The position numbers were made by a program, and so were the translations under genes. The notes under the pieces are model-generated. The model was given only the letters and a program-made list of their open reading frames with translations. It was not told the DNA's origin and made no database searches. Shown here piece by piece: positions 38,051 through 48,958 of a stretch of DNA of 64,000 nucleotides. Position 1 is the stretch's first letter; the number at the start of each line of letters is the position of its first letter. The stretch is from Camelus dromedarius (lineage: Eukaryota), in assembly GCF_036321535.1 (NCBI RefSeq), contig NC_087461.1, positions 2,728,001 through 2,792,000 of the forward strand. Direction: 5' to 3'.

Positions 38051-38169
38051 GCACGCTGCATCACCGTCAAGGCAGCTGACCCAAGGACGGCCGCACTGCT
38101 GCCAACGGGGCAGTCAGCGTAGCACACCACGCCGATGGAATGAAGAATAAAACTGCACGGGCGTCTCAG

Positions 38170-38567
38170 CCGGGGTGAAGAAGGTGCGTGGCACAATACA
38201 GGCACCCTTCCACCTTGAAAACATGCTCAGTGAAAGAAATCCTTCCCCAAAGGCCAGTATTATATGGCACCTCATGTACCAAAATCCTGAGTAGGATGTA
38301 AATGAACACCCAGGCAGCAGAGTCATGGTTGCCGGGGAGCAGGGGCAGTGGGGAGCGGCTGCTTAACAGGCCGGGTGTGGGGTGATGGGAACGCTCTGGA
38401 ACTAGGTAGCAGGGGTGGCACCGTGCACTGTGAGTGGAGTTAATGCCACTGAGCTGTGCAATTCCAACTGTTTTAAAAGGTAGATTTAATTAACATGAAT
38501 CTTACGACATACAGGTACCCAGACCGCATATGAGAAAAAGAAACAGAAGCTACAAAAACAGTAAAAA
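38170..38567 (+). mobile_element. L1MB-like 3' end with A-rich tail, abutting unit A
   Basis: ttgaaaacatgctcagtgaaagaa...gttaatgccactgagctgtgca... Confidence 0.8.
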
Positions 38568-38569
38568 GG

Positions 38570-39328
38570 GCGCCCCACCCCCGGCTAGGGCCGGGAAGGC
38601 TGCGCCTGGTGAGCTGCACCTGGTGAGCTGCACCGAACGCCGCGCGGAGCCCGGCTCCGGTTCTGGAGCTGGTGTTGGCCGCGGGGCTCCTGCGGCCTTG
38701 CTGCCGAGGCTCCGCCAGCCCGCGCTCGGGAGTAGGTGTCGGGGCTGAGGCTCCAGGTCAGTTGGTGGTTTTGGAACCGGCTCCAGCTCAGACACTTGCA
38801 GTGGCTCTGCCTAGGTCGCGGGCGCGGGCAGGTGGCGGCCCTGGGGCTGGCGGAGGTGGCGCTCGAGCTCCTCTAGCCCTGCTGTTGGCGCGAGAGCGGC
38901 TGTTGCAGCGGCTGTTGGCTCTGGGCCTGACTCTTCCTCTGAAACGGGTGTGGGTTCCAGTTCTGTCCTGGTCCTTTTCTGATCCTGGAGTCTGTCGGGA
39001 GCTGCTCCGAGCGCCAGCCGTGGCGACGTGCCTGCTGGGCTCGGTGCAGGAGGCCGCAAGACAGTGGCCCGCGCCCCACGGCTGATGGCAGAGCTCGCAC
39101 TGGAGCGGGCCCCACTCCTGGCGGGGACGCTGGAGCTGAGATCGGACCTGTTCCTAGCTCTGGAGCTGGTGCAGGGGGGCGGTGCTGTCGCCGGCTCCTC
39201 CTGGGGCCCGGCGTTGGTCTAGCTCTGTCCCTGGCTCTAAATCTGCCGCTGGTTTTGGAGCTGACCGAGCTCCAGAGGTGGCCTGCCTTCGTGACCTCCC
39301 GTGTGCAGTAGGGGACCGTGGTGGCCAT
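38570..39328 (-). pseudogene. Array unit A: frameshifted remnant of a small Ser/Arg/Pro/Ala-rich ORF (MATTVPYCTREV...)
   Basis: ATG at 39328; xCC-AGx codon periodicity in three successive frames giving RFRARDRAR, SSRARNRSDLSSS, RANSRCNSRSRANSRARG; family not recognised. Confidence 0.5.
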
Positions 39329-39648
39329 CCGCCTCCTCCCGGGGCTGAGGGGGACACCTGGCAAATCCAGAGCTGACTCCTTTTACAGTAGAGGTCTGCA
39401 CTCAGAGGGGTCTGGGTGAGTGGGCCATGGGGACACTCCCAGCCCCCAGGATGCTCGTGGGCATGTTGCTGTCACCCACGTCCAGGACAGCGAGGTGGCC
39501 GTGGTGTAGGGGGGGTGACAGGGGAGAAGGGCTGGTGGAGGCCGGCTTCTGCCTGAAGAACCCAGGGAGATGGGGATACTGCCTCCCAGAACAGGGGGGG
39601 CAGCCTGAGCGACACAGTCTTGAACTCCGCAGACCCACCCCCCGCCCA

Positions 39649-40652
39649 GGCCCGCTTCTAGCTCTGGGGGATTCTAGAAACTCTGTTCAGGACCCAGGGG
39701 TACTTGGCTCTTTCTGTGGGTGCACAGCGGGAGACCTGGTGCCAGGAAGGGTGGGGCTGTCGGGGAAACTTCATATCCTGGCCAGTAGGAGCCCCAGGAA
39801 AAGCTGGCCCCCATCCCCTCCCCTTCAGAGCTGGAGAAGCGGCCGAGCACGTGAGGGACTCCTCAGGACCACCCTGTTGCTGGGGACGGCACACCTGAGC
39901 CAGTCTGAGGACAGGGAGTGAGAACGGCCCCCGGCCCTCGGCTCCACGCTGGTGCCTTCGCGGCTGGGTGGGAAGCCATGCCTGTGGGCACCGGGGGCTC
40001 GGCCCTGGATGTAGGGGGCCTTGAGAAAGTGTGCAGAAGGCAGCACCCTAGCAAGTGTCAGCTGCTCTTCCAAGACACCTATAATGTGAGTGGGCGAGGA
40101 GAGGCCGGCCAGCCTGGTGAAGGGTGGGCATTGGGGCTGCAGTGGGGGGGCTGCAGGGAGAATCTGACCCCTGGGCTGGCTGGTTGGGCAGAAGATGCCC
40201 AGCTGGTGTGGGACACCGCAGTCCATAGAGGCTTCGCTTCCTGGCCAGCAGGACCTGGGGGACGCAGCCCTGTGCTGGCCGGCACTCGGGACCCATCAGA
40301 AGGTGTCTTTTGCAATCTTGAGCCCCTCGCCAGACCTTCCTCCCCAGGGTGAAAGTCCACGTCTTCAGGACAGAGTCGCAGTTGGCAGGGGGGTTCCTGG
40401 CGCAGCACAGGTCAGGGATCGTTAGCTCTGGTCGGGGTTGGCGGGATGGAGGAACGGCCAGCTGTGGGCCACAGGCCAGGGAGGAGGAAGTGCACAGAAA
40501 CAAAGAGGAGCCGGTGGTGGGGTCGGTGGGGAGGAGGGGGTGGGGGGGGCCCTTCCTGGCGCCAGGGCTCCTGCTCTGCACCCACAGAAAGGGCCAAGTG
40601 TCCCCGGCTCCGGGACAGAGTCTCTGGAATCCCCCAGAGCTAGAAGCAGGCC
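39649..40652. repeat. Inverted repeat: arms 39649-39751 and 40550-40652
   Basis: Hand alignment: 103 bp, ungapped, 14 mismatches (86%); weaker similarity continues inward. Confidence 0.9.
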
Positions 40653-40699
40653 CGGGTGCCTGGCCGAGTCCCTGTGTCTGTACTAATGCACAGAATTTC

Positions 40700-40886
40700 T
40701 GCTCGGCGTGATCAAAACATCCTAGAAATAGACACCAGTGATGGGTGCATGTTGAGCTTACGGAATGCCATTGAATGGTATAATTTAAGGTGATTAAAAG
40801 GGAAATATTTACTACATTAAATTTTAAAACAAAATCTAATAAACCATAAAAGAAATGAAATTTTCGAGAAAATTTGAAAAAAAAAG
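40700..40886 (+). mobile_element. L1MB-like 3' end with A tail, abutting unit B
   Basis: gtgatcaaaacatcctagaaatagac...gaatgccattgaatggta...gattaaaagg. Confidence 0.7.
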
Positions 40887-40889
40887 TTG

Positions 40890-41412
40890 TCATCCACAGG
40901 GAAAGGGGGAGCGCTGGTGCTGGGTGTAGCTCTGGTGCGGATGCCCGGGGCAGGGTGGCGCTGGGCTGTGGAACTGGCATGGGGCCTGGAGCTGGCGCCG
41001 GAGCCCCCGCCCAGTCACTGGCTCACTCTGGCACTGGGACCAGAGTGGGTGACAGAGCTGGCGATGAAGGTCACGCTCAGCCTGGGTCTAGAACCAGGGC
41101 TGCCTGTGACTCCAAGCTGGTCGGAGTGTTCAGGCTGGAGGCGCCTCTCATCGTGCGGCCGGTCCTCGGCCTGGCAGGACAGCGGGGCCAGCTCCCCTCT
41201 GACTGGCGGCTGTGGAGGGTCTCGTGCTGGAAGCAGCTGAGCGGTGTGGCCCCCACCGCCTGGCCGTGGGTTAGATGCTGTCTCACCTGCTGGGTGTGAG
41301 GTCTGAGAGCCACCTGGGTGTCTAGGGGCCACCTTTGCGCTCCAGGTGCCTGCGCGCTACAGGGCGTGGTGCGCACGGATACGTGCGTGGACGAGTAGAC
41401 AGATCCAGCCAT
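40890..41412 (-). pseudogene. Array unit B: degenerate paralog (MAGSVYSSTH...)
   Basis: gacggATGGC...CTACT and GCAGGCACCTGGAGC match the unit A start region; same CCAG periodicity; internal stops. Confidence 0.4.
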
Positions 41413-41499
41413 CCGTCACCCCACCACTGCCTTGGGGGTCAGCTTTCACGTCTGTTCGAGGGCAGCACCTCCTCCCAGGACTGCTGGGAGGATGACACT

Positions 41500-41610
41500 G
41501 ATTCAGTACATGCGTAAGTGCCTACTGTGCGCTGGGCTAGAGATTCAGGAATCGAGCCAAGGAAAGCACAGCCCGGCTGGCACGGAGCTGACTGCAGCGC
41601 GGCGTATGTC
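41500..41610 (-). mobile_element. L2 3' end fragment
   Basis: attcagtacatgcgtaagtgcctactgtgcgctgggctagag. Confidence 0.5.
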
Positions 41611-42129
41611 AGGAGGGGCCGCGGGTGGAGCCCATGTCCTTGTCCGGCCAGCTGAGACCAGTCTGAGTGGGGCCCTCGGAGGGCACGTGGGGTCCTTGGT
41701 CTGAACACCCACGCTGCACGTGATCCCTTTGTGACCGCTCCCTTCACAAGTCCTGGGGTTTGCCATCTTTAAAATGGGCGTCTGAAGAAATCCGTTCCTA
41801 GTTTCCTCCAGGAAGTTTGTCTTGATCCCAGGAGACAAAGAACTGCCTGTGATCTGTCTTCTCACTGCGAACCCTGAAGCGCTGGTATTCGAGGTCACCG
41901 AGGGAATGGGGCAGTGTCTTCCCAGAGGCTGGCGAGGGTGCCCGTACTGGTCAGTGTCTAAACTGGGCTCAGGTCCCTGGGCTTTAACCCCCAGTGACCA
42001 CGATGCCCCTGGAAACGGTGGCACAGTCCTTAAGCCATGCCCCCAGGTGCCCAAAAAAGCCAGCTGGCCGTGGAAGAGACAGAACAGCGAGGCTCAGCCC
42101 TGCGAGTAACCAGGACCGGGCGGGGAACT

Positions 42130-42600
42130 TCACAAATCAGTAGGTAAAGAGCTTCCTCCCATATCTTTCCCCACCTGCACTGTTGCTCAGGTCGTGGACT
42201 GTCGCACTTAACCAGATTGCTAGCGAAGGCAGTTGGGCTCTTTCGTCCTTTGCTCGTATGCAGAGGGCTGCAGTGAACAGCGGTGATGTGTGCCGAGTGC
42301 AGTGGTGCTTCCGTGGGATAAATTCCCTGAACTCTGATTGCTGAATCAAAGGGGAGATACATTGTACTTTTGATAGACGTGGCCCAGCTGCCCCCTCTGG
42401 AAGGCAGCTTCCTTCCCGTCAGCAGTGAAAAACACTTCCCACTTCTACAGCGGCTGCGAGGGCACCTTCAGTCCCCTGGGATCAGCCCTTCTGCCGTCAC
42501 CAGGCAGCACGTTCCGTGTGTTTACGGCTGAGTGTGTTTTCTCACGAAGCGCATGATAGTGTCTTTTACCCGTTTATAGTGTGTGGTTGCTCGTTTTCTT
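42130..42600 (-). mobile_element. Old L1 (L1ME-like), antisense
   Basis: gctgcagtgaac...gggataaattccc...gattgctgaatcaaaggg...attgtacttttgatagac. Confidence 0.65.
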
Positions 42601-42759
42601 ACTGGTTTCCTTATGGCTCCGGGCCCTCCTGCGACTCTCAGAGCACAAGACTCTGAACACGTCTCCTACCAGCACTTCTGTTTTCACATATAATCTGATT
42701 TATTTGGAATTTCCCTTTTAAGTAAAAAAGTGCTATTTTCAATAAAAACAACAAAAATG

Positions 42760-43119
42760 AATTAGTCCCCACTTTAAATACATGAGCAGACACAAAAAGC
42801 CACATATTACATAATTTCATTTATAGGAATAATCCAGACTAGATAAAGCAACAGAGAAAGAACAGAGCAGCTGTTGCCAGGTGACTTGGGGACAGGAGGA
42901 AACAGGAGTGATGGCTTTGGGTACTAGCTTTCCTTTTGGGGAGATGAAAATGGTCTGCAATTAGATGGTGCTGCTGGGAGCACAGCCTGGGGAGGTATAT
43001 AACGGCCTCTGAATTGCACAGTTTAAAATGATTAAAAGGTCACATTTTATTGAATTTAAATTTTAACACATAAAATGTTAAAAATTAAATATAAAGAAGA
43101 AAAAGTTAAACAGAAAAAG
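42760..43119 (+). mobile_element. L1MB-like 3' end with A tail, abutting unit C
   Basis: cagacacaaaaagccacatatt...ttttggggagatgaaaatggtctg...ctgaattgcacagtttaaaatgattaaaagg. Confidence 0.85.
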
Positions 43120-43637
43120 CTGCCCTCGGAAGGAAGAGAAGGCAAGCTCAGTGCCTGGAGCAGCTCAGGGCGGGCGCTGAGGGAGGTGCCTGCCGTGTCC
43201 CCAGGTCTGCAGGCGGTGAAGGACGTGGGCTGGCCAGGCTCCCGGCCGGCGGCTCTGGCACCACCTGCTGCAGGAGGCGGGGCCGACCTGACGACGCGGA
43301 TGTCTGGAGCGGGCCTGGGTTCTGGGGTTAGGCAGCTGGATCTAGCACTTGAGATTGGACCGGACCTGGTGCCGGACCGAGCCAGCTCCAGCCTGGAGAC
43401 AGCACGGGAGCTGCGGGAGAAAAGCTCACCACTGTGACCGCCTCCCACGCCACCGCCTCCCGCGTGCCCTCCCGAGACAGTGCGTCCCAGTGCCTTCCCG
43501 AGTGGCCCGGGGAGGGCTGCCCGCTGACGGGTGGTCTGAGGCCAGTCTTTGCTCCTGGCCCTACAGCAGCCCCTGGGGTCCCTCCCTGAGTGGCCCAGTA
43601 GGACCCCTCCTCCTGGGCCTCCTCACCTTGGCTCCAT
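43120..43637 (-). pseudogene. Array unit C: degenerate paralog
   Basis: gaggcagATGG...GGTCCTACTG...GGGAGG matches unit A; GTRSGPISSARSS resembles RNRSDLSSS; flank aactgggaaggagcagaaggtgctggagg matches unit D cactgggaagaaggagatgctgctggagg. Confidence 0.45.
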
Positions 43638-44449
43638 CTGCCTCGGCGGGCTCCTGGTCCTCCAGCCAGGTCAGGAGAAGGTGGGCCCGGGGCTCCTGGC
43701 GGGCCTGAGCCAAACACGCTGAGCTGCATGGAAGCCACAAACTGCTTCAGGCCGAGGGCTGACAAAAGTCCTCAGGAAACTGGTCCAGCCAGTAACTGGG
43801 AAGGAGCAGAAGGTGCTGGAGGTAAGGGGGCGGGCAGCAGGGTCAGAGGACTGGACTTCCGCCCCACACCCACCCCGGGCTCCTGTGCCCATCCCTGCCA
43901 TCCGGAGGCCAGCCCCACCTCAGCTAGCCCGGCCCCCACTTGGCTGCCAGGTGGGGGCAGGCCTCCTAACCAGCAGGGGCTACACACAGTCTCCATTGCA
44001 GAGGACTGACCCCAGCCTCAGCAAGAGGCGCCCAGCCCGCAGCCCTCTAGCAGGGGTCGCAGGACAGGAGGGAGCCAGGGTTTGGCCCGGCCCCAGCCCC
44101 CGCCAGCCTCAGCCCCCAGATGTCACCCCCTCTGGAGACAGGAGCCCTCCAGGTGCCCACTCACTTCTTTAGTTGTTTCCAAGGTCCATCCTGCCTCAGA
44201 CAGTGAGGGCAGAGGAATCCCTGCCCACAGGAGGCCAGGAGGGCATCACATGTCCACTGCCCGCCATGCTGTCCAGTGGGACTGGGAGGCGCTTCCTATA
44301 CTGGGACAGAATGAATCTCCTCAGGTGTCTGAGTGTACCTGGGGCCCCTCAGCAGCCCCCGGGGATCCCCACCCTGGCTGCACCCAGGACAGGCACCTCA
44401 CCCCAGACAGAATGTGAAACCTCATTTACAAATGGGAAACAGCCTTGGC

Positions 44450-44481
44450 CAGGGTCACAGGGTCACAGGGTCACAGGGTGA
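44450..44481 (+). repeat. (CAGGGTCA)n tandem forming three GGGTCA half-sites with 2-nt spacing
   Basis: GGGTCA at 44452, 44460 and 44468. Confidence 0.85.
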
Positions 44482-46179
44482 GGCTTGAAGCAGAGGGCTT
44501 CTTCGTGGGGCACAGGGAAAGTCACAAACAAGAGGCAGCAGGTCCTTTCACAGGGCGGGGCACAGACTCAGCTCTTCCCCTGCCTCTGACAGTTCAGTCC
44601 TCGTAGCCTGTTTTCACAGGAGCAAACGCAGGAACAGAGAGGTGCAATGCCATTCCTCAGGCACACAGCTGGGCCGTAGGGGAGGCAAGCACCCACCTTT
44701 CCACCGGCAGGCCGGGGACCTGCTGGGTGCTGGCGGAGTTCCAGCAGGTGGAGGGGAGGCGGGACACAGGCGCCGCTGCTCTGGCGGGCAGGCACCAGGC
44801 GCCCAGCAGCCTCCCAGTGCGCTTGCCTGCACGTCTCAGCCGGTTCCGGGCTGACGGTTCCCATGCTGGGTGGACAGAGCAGGGACGGGTCAGCAAGGTA
44901 CTTAGACAGGAGGAAAGTGCAAAATGGCTCACAGCCGTGACGTGAAGCCGAAACACAGAGTCTTCTCAGATACTCTCGCAAATAGATGAAAAGTAATTTT
45001 GCAGCCGACCGGGGAGGGGGCTGACGGGAGGAAGGAGGGGAGGGAGGAGCCTGGCCTCCTCGGCATCGGGACCGTGGCCATGCAAGTCAAAGCCCTGGGC
45101 CTGGAACCCCAGCTGCCCGCTGTGCACAAATTCCCTTCTGTTCCCTAGCCCTTTGAGCCCCCCGCCCCACCCTGTTCGCGGATGCGTGCGGGGCTGGTGC
45201 CTCCTGACTTTCCGGTCAGGACACACGTCACCATGGAGGCCTTCTGGCCCCCGCCTAGGGCCTTTCAGCACCTCCCGCTGTCCTGACGGGGCGCCTCAGG
45301 GTGAGTGCTGAGAGCACAGCTGCTAGACGAGTAATAAAGGGATCTCGGGGTCCCCTCCCACCTCCGCGCAGCTCACACAGTGGAGACGGAGGCTAACAGT
45401 AACAGGCGCGTGCTGGGACGGGGGCAGGGGACGCCCAGAATGATCCCTGGTGTCCTTCCCCGGCCACTCTGTGGCCCGCAGTAGGCACAGCCGCCGCATG
45501 GTGGCCAGCGCCAGCACTGCAGACAGGAAACTAGAAAGTAAGACGCATCTTTGTCTGGGGTCATCAGGACAGTGGGGTTCCCAGGCCCCACGGGGCAGAC
45601 AGACAGGACCTGCAGGCCCCAGGGGGGTGAGGGGGGCTCGGCTCCTCCGTGTCCCTCAGTTTCCTTCCGCCGTCCTGGGCAGTCCAGGAGGGCTGGAAGC
45701 CTCGCCCCAGGCGGGGCAATGACTCCGCCCACTTCCGCCCGAGGACTGGCGGCTCCAGCAGGGAGGGTCTGGTACCTGGTCCCCGGAAGAGCGGCCCAGT
45801 GCTCCACCACGTTCCGCGCTCCCCAGGTCCCCAGGCTGCCCCCTGCTCCCAAGGACCCCAAAGGGTAGAACACGTTTACAGGACTTGGCGCAGCAGGTCA
45901 CCAAAGGAGAACCAAGGCCACCAAACTCCTACGAGCCCGTGGGACCCTCGGGGTCCCGCCCAAGCACACCAACGTGTCAAGGAGGAAGCAGGCCTTCCCT
46001 CCGGGGTCCTGGAGCCTCCTCGCCGTGGGAGTGGGAGTCTCGAGAGCTTACCTTCCACTCAGGCGCTCAGAGCAGTGGACACAAGGCCCCGGACTCTGCC
46101 CTCTCCTCGCTGCCTGGGCTGGTCCCGTCCAGCCGACCCTGGTAAGCTGGGGGTCCCAGCCCAGCAGCCTGGTACCTCT

Positions 46180-46600
46180 GGGCTCCAGATGCTGCGCGCC
46201 TCGGGCGAGTTGCTAGGAGACTGGGTGTGAGGCCTGGTCTTGCACCGCCCGGCCCGTGAGCACATCCACTCCCCCCGCCCTGCCTCCGGCTCCGGCACCC
46301 ACGCCGCCGACCAGTCGGGCCGCCGGCTGCCAATCGAGGTGCCCGCCGCCCGTGCTGCCAGCTAATCCAGGCGTCCACCCCAGCGGAGTCCCTCGGGATT
46401 CTCGGGGCAGCCGCAGACGCGATCTGCAGCATGGAGAAGGTACCTGTGCTGGGCCTGGGCACCTGGAAGCTGAGGTGGCCTCGTGCTGGGCAAGGGGCAG
46501 CGTCGTTTCTGGACACGCCCTGACGTGAAGGGGCCGCCTACCTGGACACCCGCAGGGACACCCCCAGGACACATGCGGCAGCGTCCGCAGGCCCATGGGT
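46180..46600 (+). promoter_or_regulatory. CpG island/promoter of AKR1E2 pseudogene
   Basis: CpG-rich, GC boxes and a CCAAT about 100 bp before the ATG at 46431. Confidence 0.7.
46431..46469 (+). pseudogene. AKR1E2: AKR1E2 exon 1 (MEKVPVLGLGTWK); donor reads CTGAGG instead of GTGAGG
   Basis: 39-nt exon, +1 G>C. Confidence 0.85.
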
Positions 46601-47594
46601 CCTTCTACTGTGTTTGGAAGATGAAATTTTTAGATATCAGATTTTCTGAAAATGGAGATTGTCTTTACCGCATTTCATACTAAGGCCCAAGCATAATTAT
46701 TCAGAAATAAGGTCTGGGAAAGCCCAGAAGAAAAGGTTGTCACTCTTGGGTAAGGGCAGAAAAATTAACGGTCACTCGGCAGGCCAGCCCAGCAGCCCAG
46801 TGAAAGATGGAGAAATGTCTGTGTCAAAAGACAAGGAAGCTCTGTCATTGCCATCTTGGCTTTAAAAAGAAACTGTCTTCTTCCCGGTGTAAAAACCTGA
46901 TAGTGGAAGCACTTTGGACCTTTCTCTACTTTGGATTTTTAAATTCCTGTCAGTGATTTAGACACAGCACTCACTAAAAAGCCTTTCAGTTTGCTTTAAA
47001 AGAAAACAAAATAGCCTTTGATAAAAACTCACTGTAAGAAGTCACATAGGAAATTTTTGGATGATAGAAACTAGAATGATCAACCCTGCTCATCAAAATA
47101 TTCTTTAAATTCTTTCTTCTATCCGGTTATCAACTCTTAAAGCCAGAGGCGTAGTTCATTGTGGTTCTCAGCATCCGGGACAGGCATTAGGCAGCCGCTC
47201 AGTTAGCACTCATGGGTTTACCTGTTTTGCGTTTCTTGTTTCATTTCCTTTTTTCTAGTCCTTAAGCTTCAGATTGTTTCTTTCTGAGCCACTTATCCCG
47301 ACTGGGCCTTCCAGTGCAATGGCCATTCCTGTTCTGTTCCTTATTTTAAAGTAAAGGGACACTTCTGATATGGCCACACTTAGGATGGTGTTTAGCCTAG
47401 GTTTTGGGTTTTTTTCTTGATATTTTTGTTGTGTTTATTTTAAATATATTATCAGGTTAAAGTAGAGCTGCACTGGGAGTGAGGTGGCCAGGGTCACAGA
47501 TGCTGCCAGGACATTACCGCAGACAAGCGGCTTGTGAAGGAAAGGTATTGTGTTCTCTGGACTGGCTGGCTTTGCACGTGGAAAGGGCATTTTT

Positions 47595-48200
47595 GCAGCA
47601 TTTTATTTGAAACTTTCTGTTAACAGTGTTACATACAAAAAGTGCACACATAAGAATAGGGCTTGACTGGTTCTCATAAACTGAGCCTGGCTCTGTGACC
47701 AGCATCAGGAAACAAGCCGGACCAGCCCCCCAGAAGACCCCACCACGCTCCTTTCTAGTCCCCCCTCCCTCTCAAAGCAGCCACTCTTCTGATTTCCAGC
47801 AGCATCGATGAGCTGCAGAGCTTTGTCTGGATAACGCGGAACAGTTGTACCAGGTTGCTGTCACGTACTTAACACCACACAGCACGTTGTGCCCTCATTT
47901 GTGCCCGGCTCCTTCACTCAGCGTGGCACCCGTTAGACTCCTCCTCGTGGGTCATCAGCTCCTCCCTCCGTGTCCTGCTCCCCGTGGGAACCTCCCAAGG
48001 GCAGCTGTCCATCCTGTCCCTGATGGGCGCTTGGGCAGTTCGCCATCTGGGGATATAAAGACCGAGCGTCACATCCTGCTCTTTCTTATGATTCAGCTTG
48101 TTAACTGAGGTATGGCAGCTTCGGAGAAGCACGTCGGTCTTGACGGGCAAAGCCCAGCTGCTTCCAGCAGTGAGCGCGCTCGAGAACCCAGAGCCCAGAG
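47595..48200 (-). mobile_element. Old L1 (L1MB/ME-like) 3' region, antisense, GC-shifted
   Basis: catacaaaaagtgcacacataag...ctccttcactcagc...tccatcctgtccctgatgggcgcttgggcagtt. Confidence 0.75.
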
Positions 48201-48494
48201 CAGGAAACAGAGCGTCGTCCAGTTCCGGAAGCTGGGGGGTCTGTCTCCTGAGCAGGGATTCGGACCCTCGGGAACGCCCCTCCCAGGGCTTCTCCATCGG
48301 GGGTTCTCCTGACGGCCGTGCCCAGCGTGTCCCTAGGTCTCCCTGATTCCCTCGAACGAGTGTTCCTCAGGCCCACTTCTGACCTGGGTCGTATATGAAA
48401 ATTCAGAGAGTGTGGAGGGACAGGGACCTGCTGTCCCGCCTCTCAGAGTCTCCACTGGAGTCACCAGGCTCGTCTGTGCCGCATGAGTCCCCAG

Positions 48495-48625
48495 CTTCCC
48501 TCATCCACCCATGTACTGAGCACCTTCTGTATGCCCAGCTTGTTCTAGGTGTTGGGGAGACATCCGTGAACAAAACAGAAACAGACCAGAATCCCTGCCT
48601 GCGTGGAGCTCACATCATAGGGACA
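48495..48625 (-). mobile_element. L2 3' end
   Basis: catgtactgagcaccttctgtatgccc...gtgaacaaaacag...atccctgcctgcgtggagctcacat. Confidence 0.75.
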
Positions 48626-48860
48626 AAAGATAGAAAATACAGTATATAAGATGTCCGCTCATGATACACACGTGTCAGTGACGGAGGCGCGAGGGCCACG
48701 GTCCTTACCTGCAGTGCTGCCCCAGCGCTCGCGACGTGGCTGTTCTCAGAGGGACGGGTCCCCTCGCGCTTCAGTGATGCGGCCACGGCAGGAACAGAGG
48801 ACCTGTTTTCGGGTGGACTGCTTGTCAGCTTTCCTTGGTGAGCTGTGACCCTCTTTGTAG

Positions 48861-48958
48861 ATCGAGTGCCACCCATACCTTACTCAGAAGAATCTGATCA
48901 GTTTTTGCCAATCCAGAAAAGTGTCCATGACCGCTTACCGGCCCCTTGGCAGCCCCAG
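48861..48958 (+). pseudogene. AKR1E2: AKR1E2 exon 6 ([32 protein letters not shown]), intact with AG/GT
   Basis: 98 nt, canonical splice sites. Confidence 0.9.

Noticed and set aside
38590-38810. Plus-strand peptides RLRL...VLAAG...VLEPAPAQTLAVAL resembling PRR23 as recalled (also ELAPEPPPSHWLTLALG in unit B)
   Set aside because: Spacing differs from PRR23, there is an in-frame stop, and L-x alternation is expected antisense to CCAG-periodic DNA. Not excluded: an HMM search with the PRR23 family would decide
40048-40980. 310-aa minus-strand ORF
   Set aside because: Runs through an L1 tail and the inverted repeat; no homology or coding-like composition
41227-41286. Possible intron (GTGAGA...TTCCAG, minus) in unit B
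   Set aside because: Only 60 nt, shorter than typical mammalian introns, and not seen in the other units
48290-48330. Possible remnant of AKR1E2 exon 2 (cccag|ggcttctcca)
   Set aside because: Similarity ends after about 9 nt; no AIDAGYRH-like peptide in any frame
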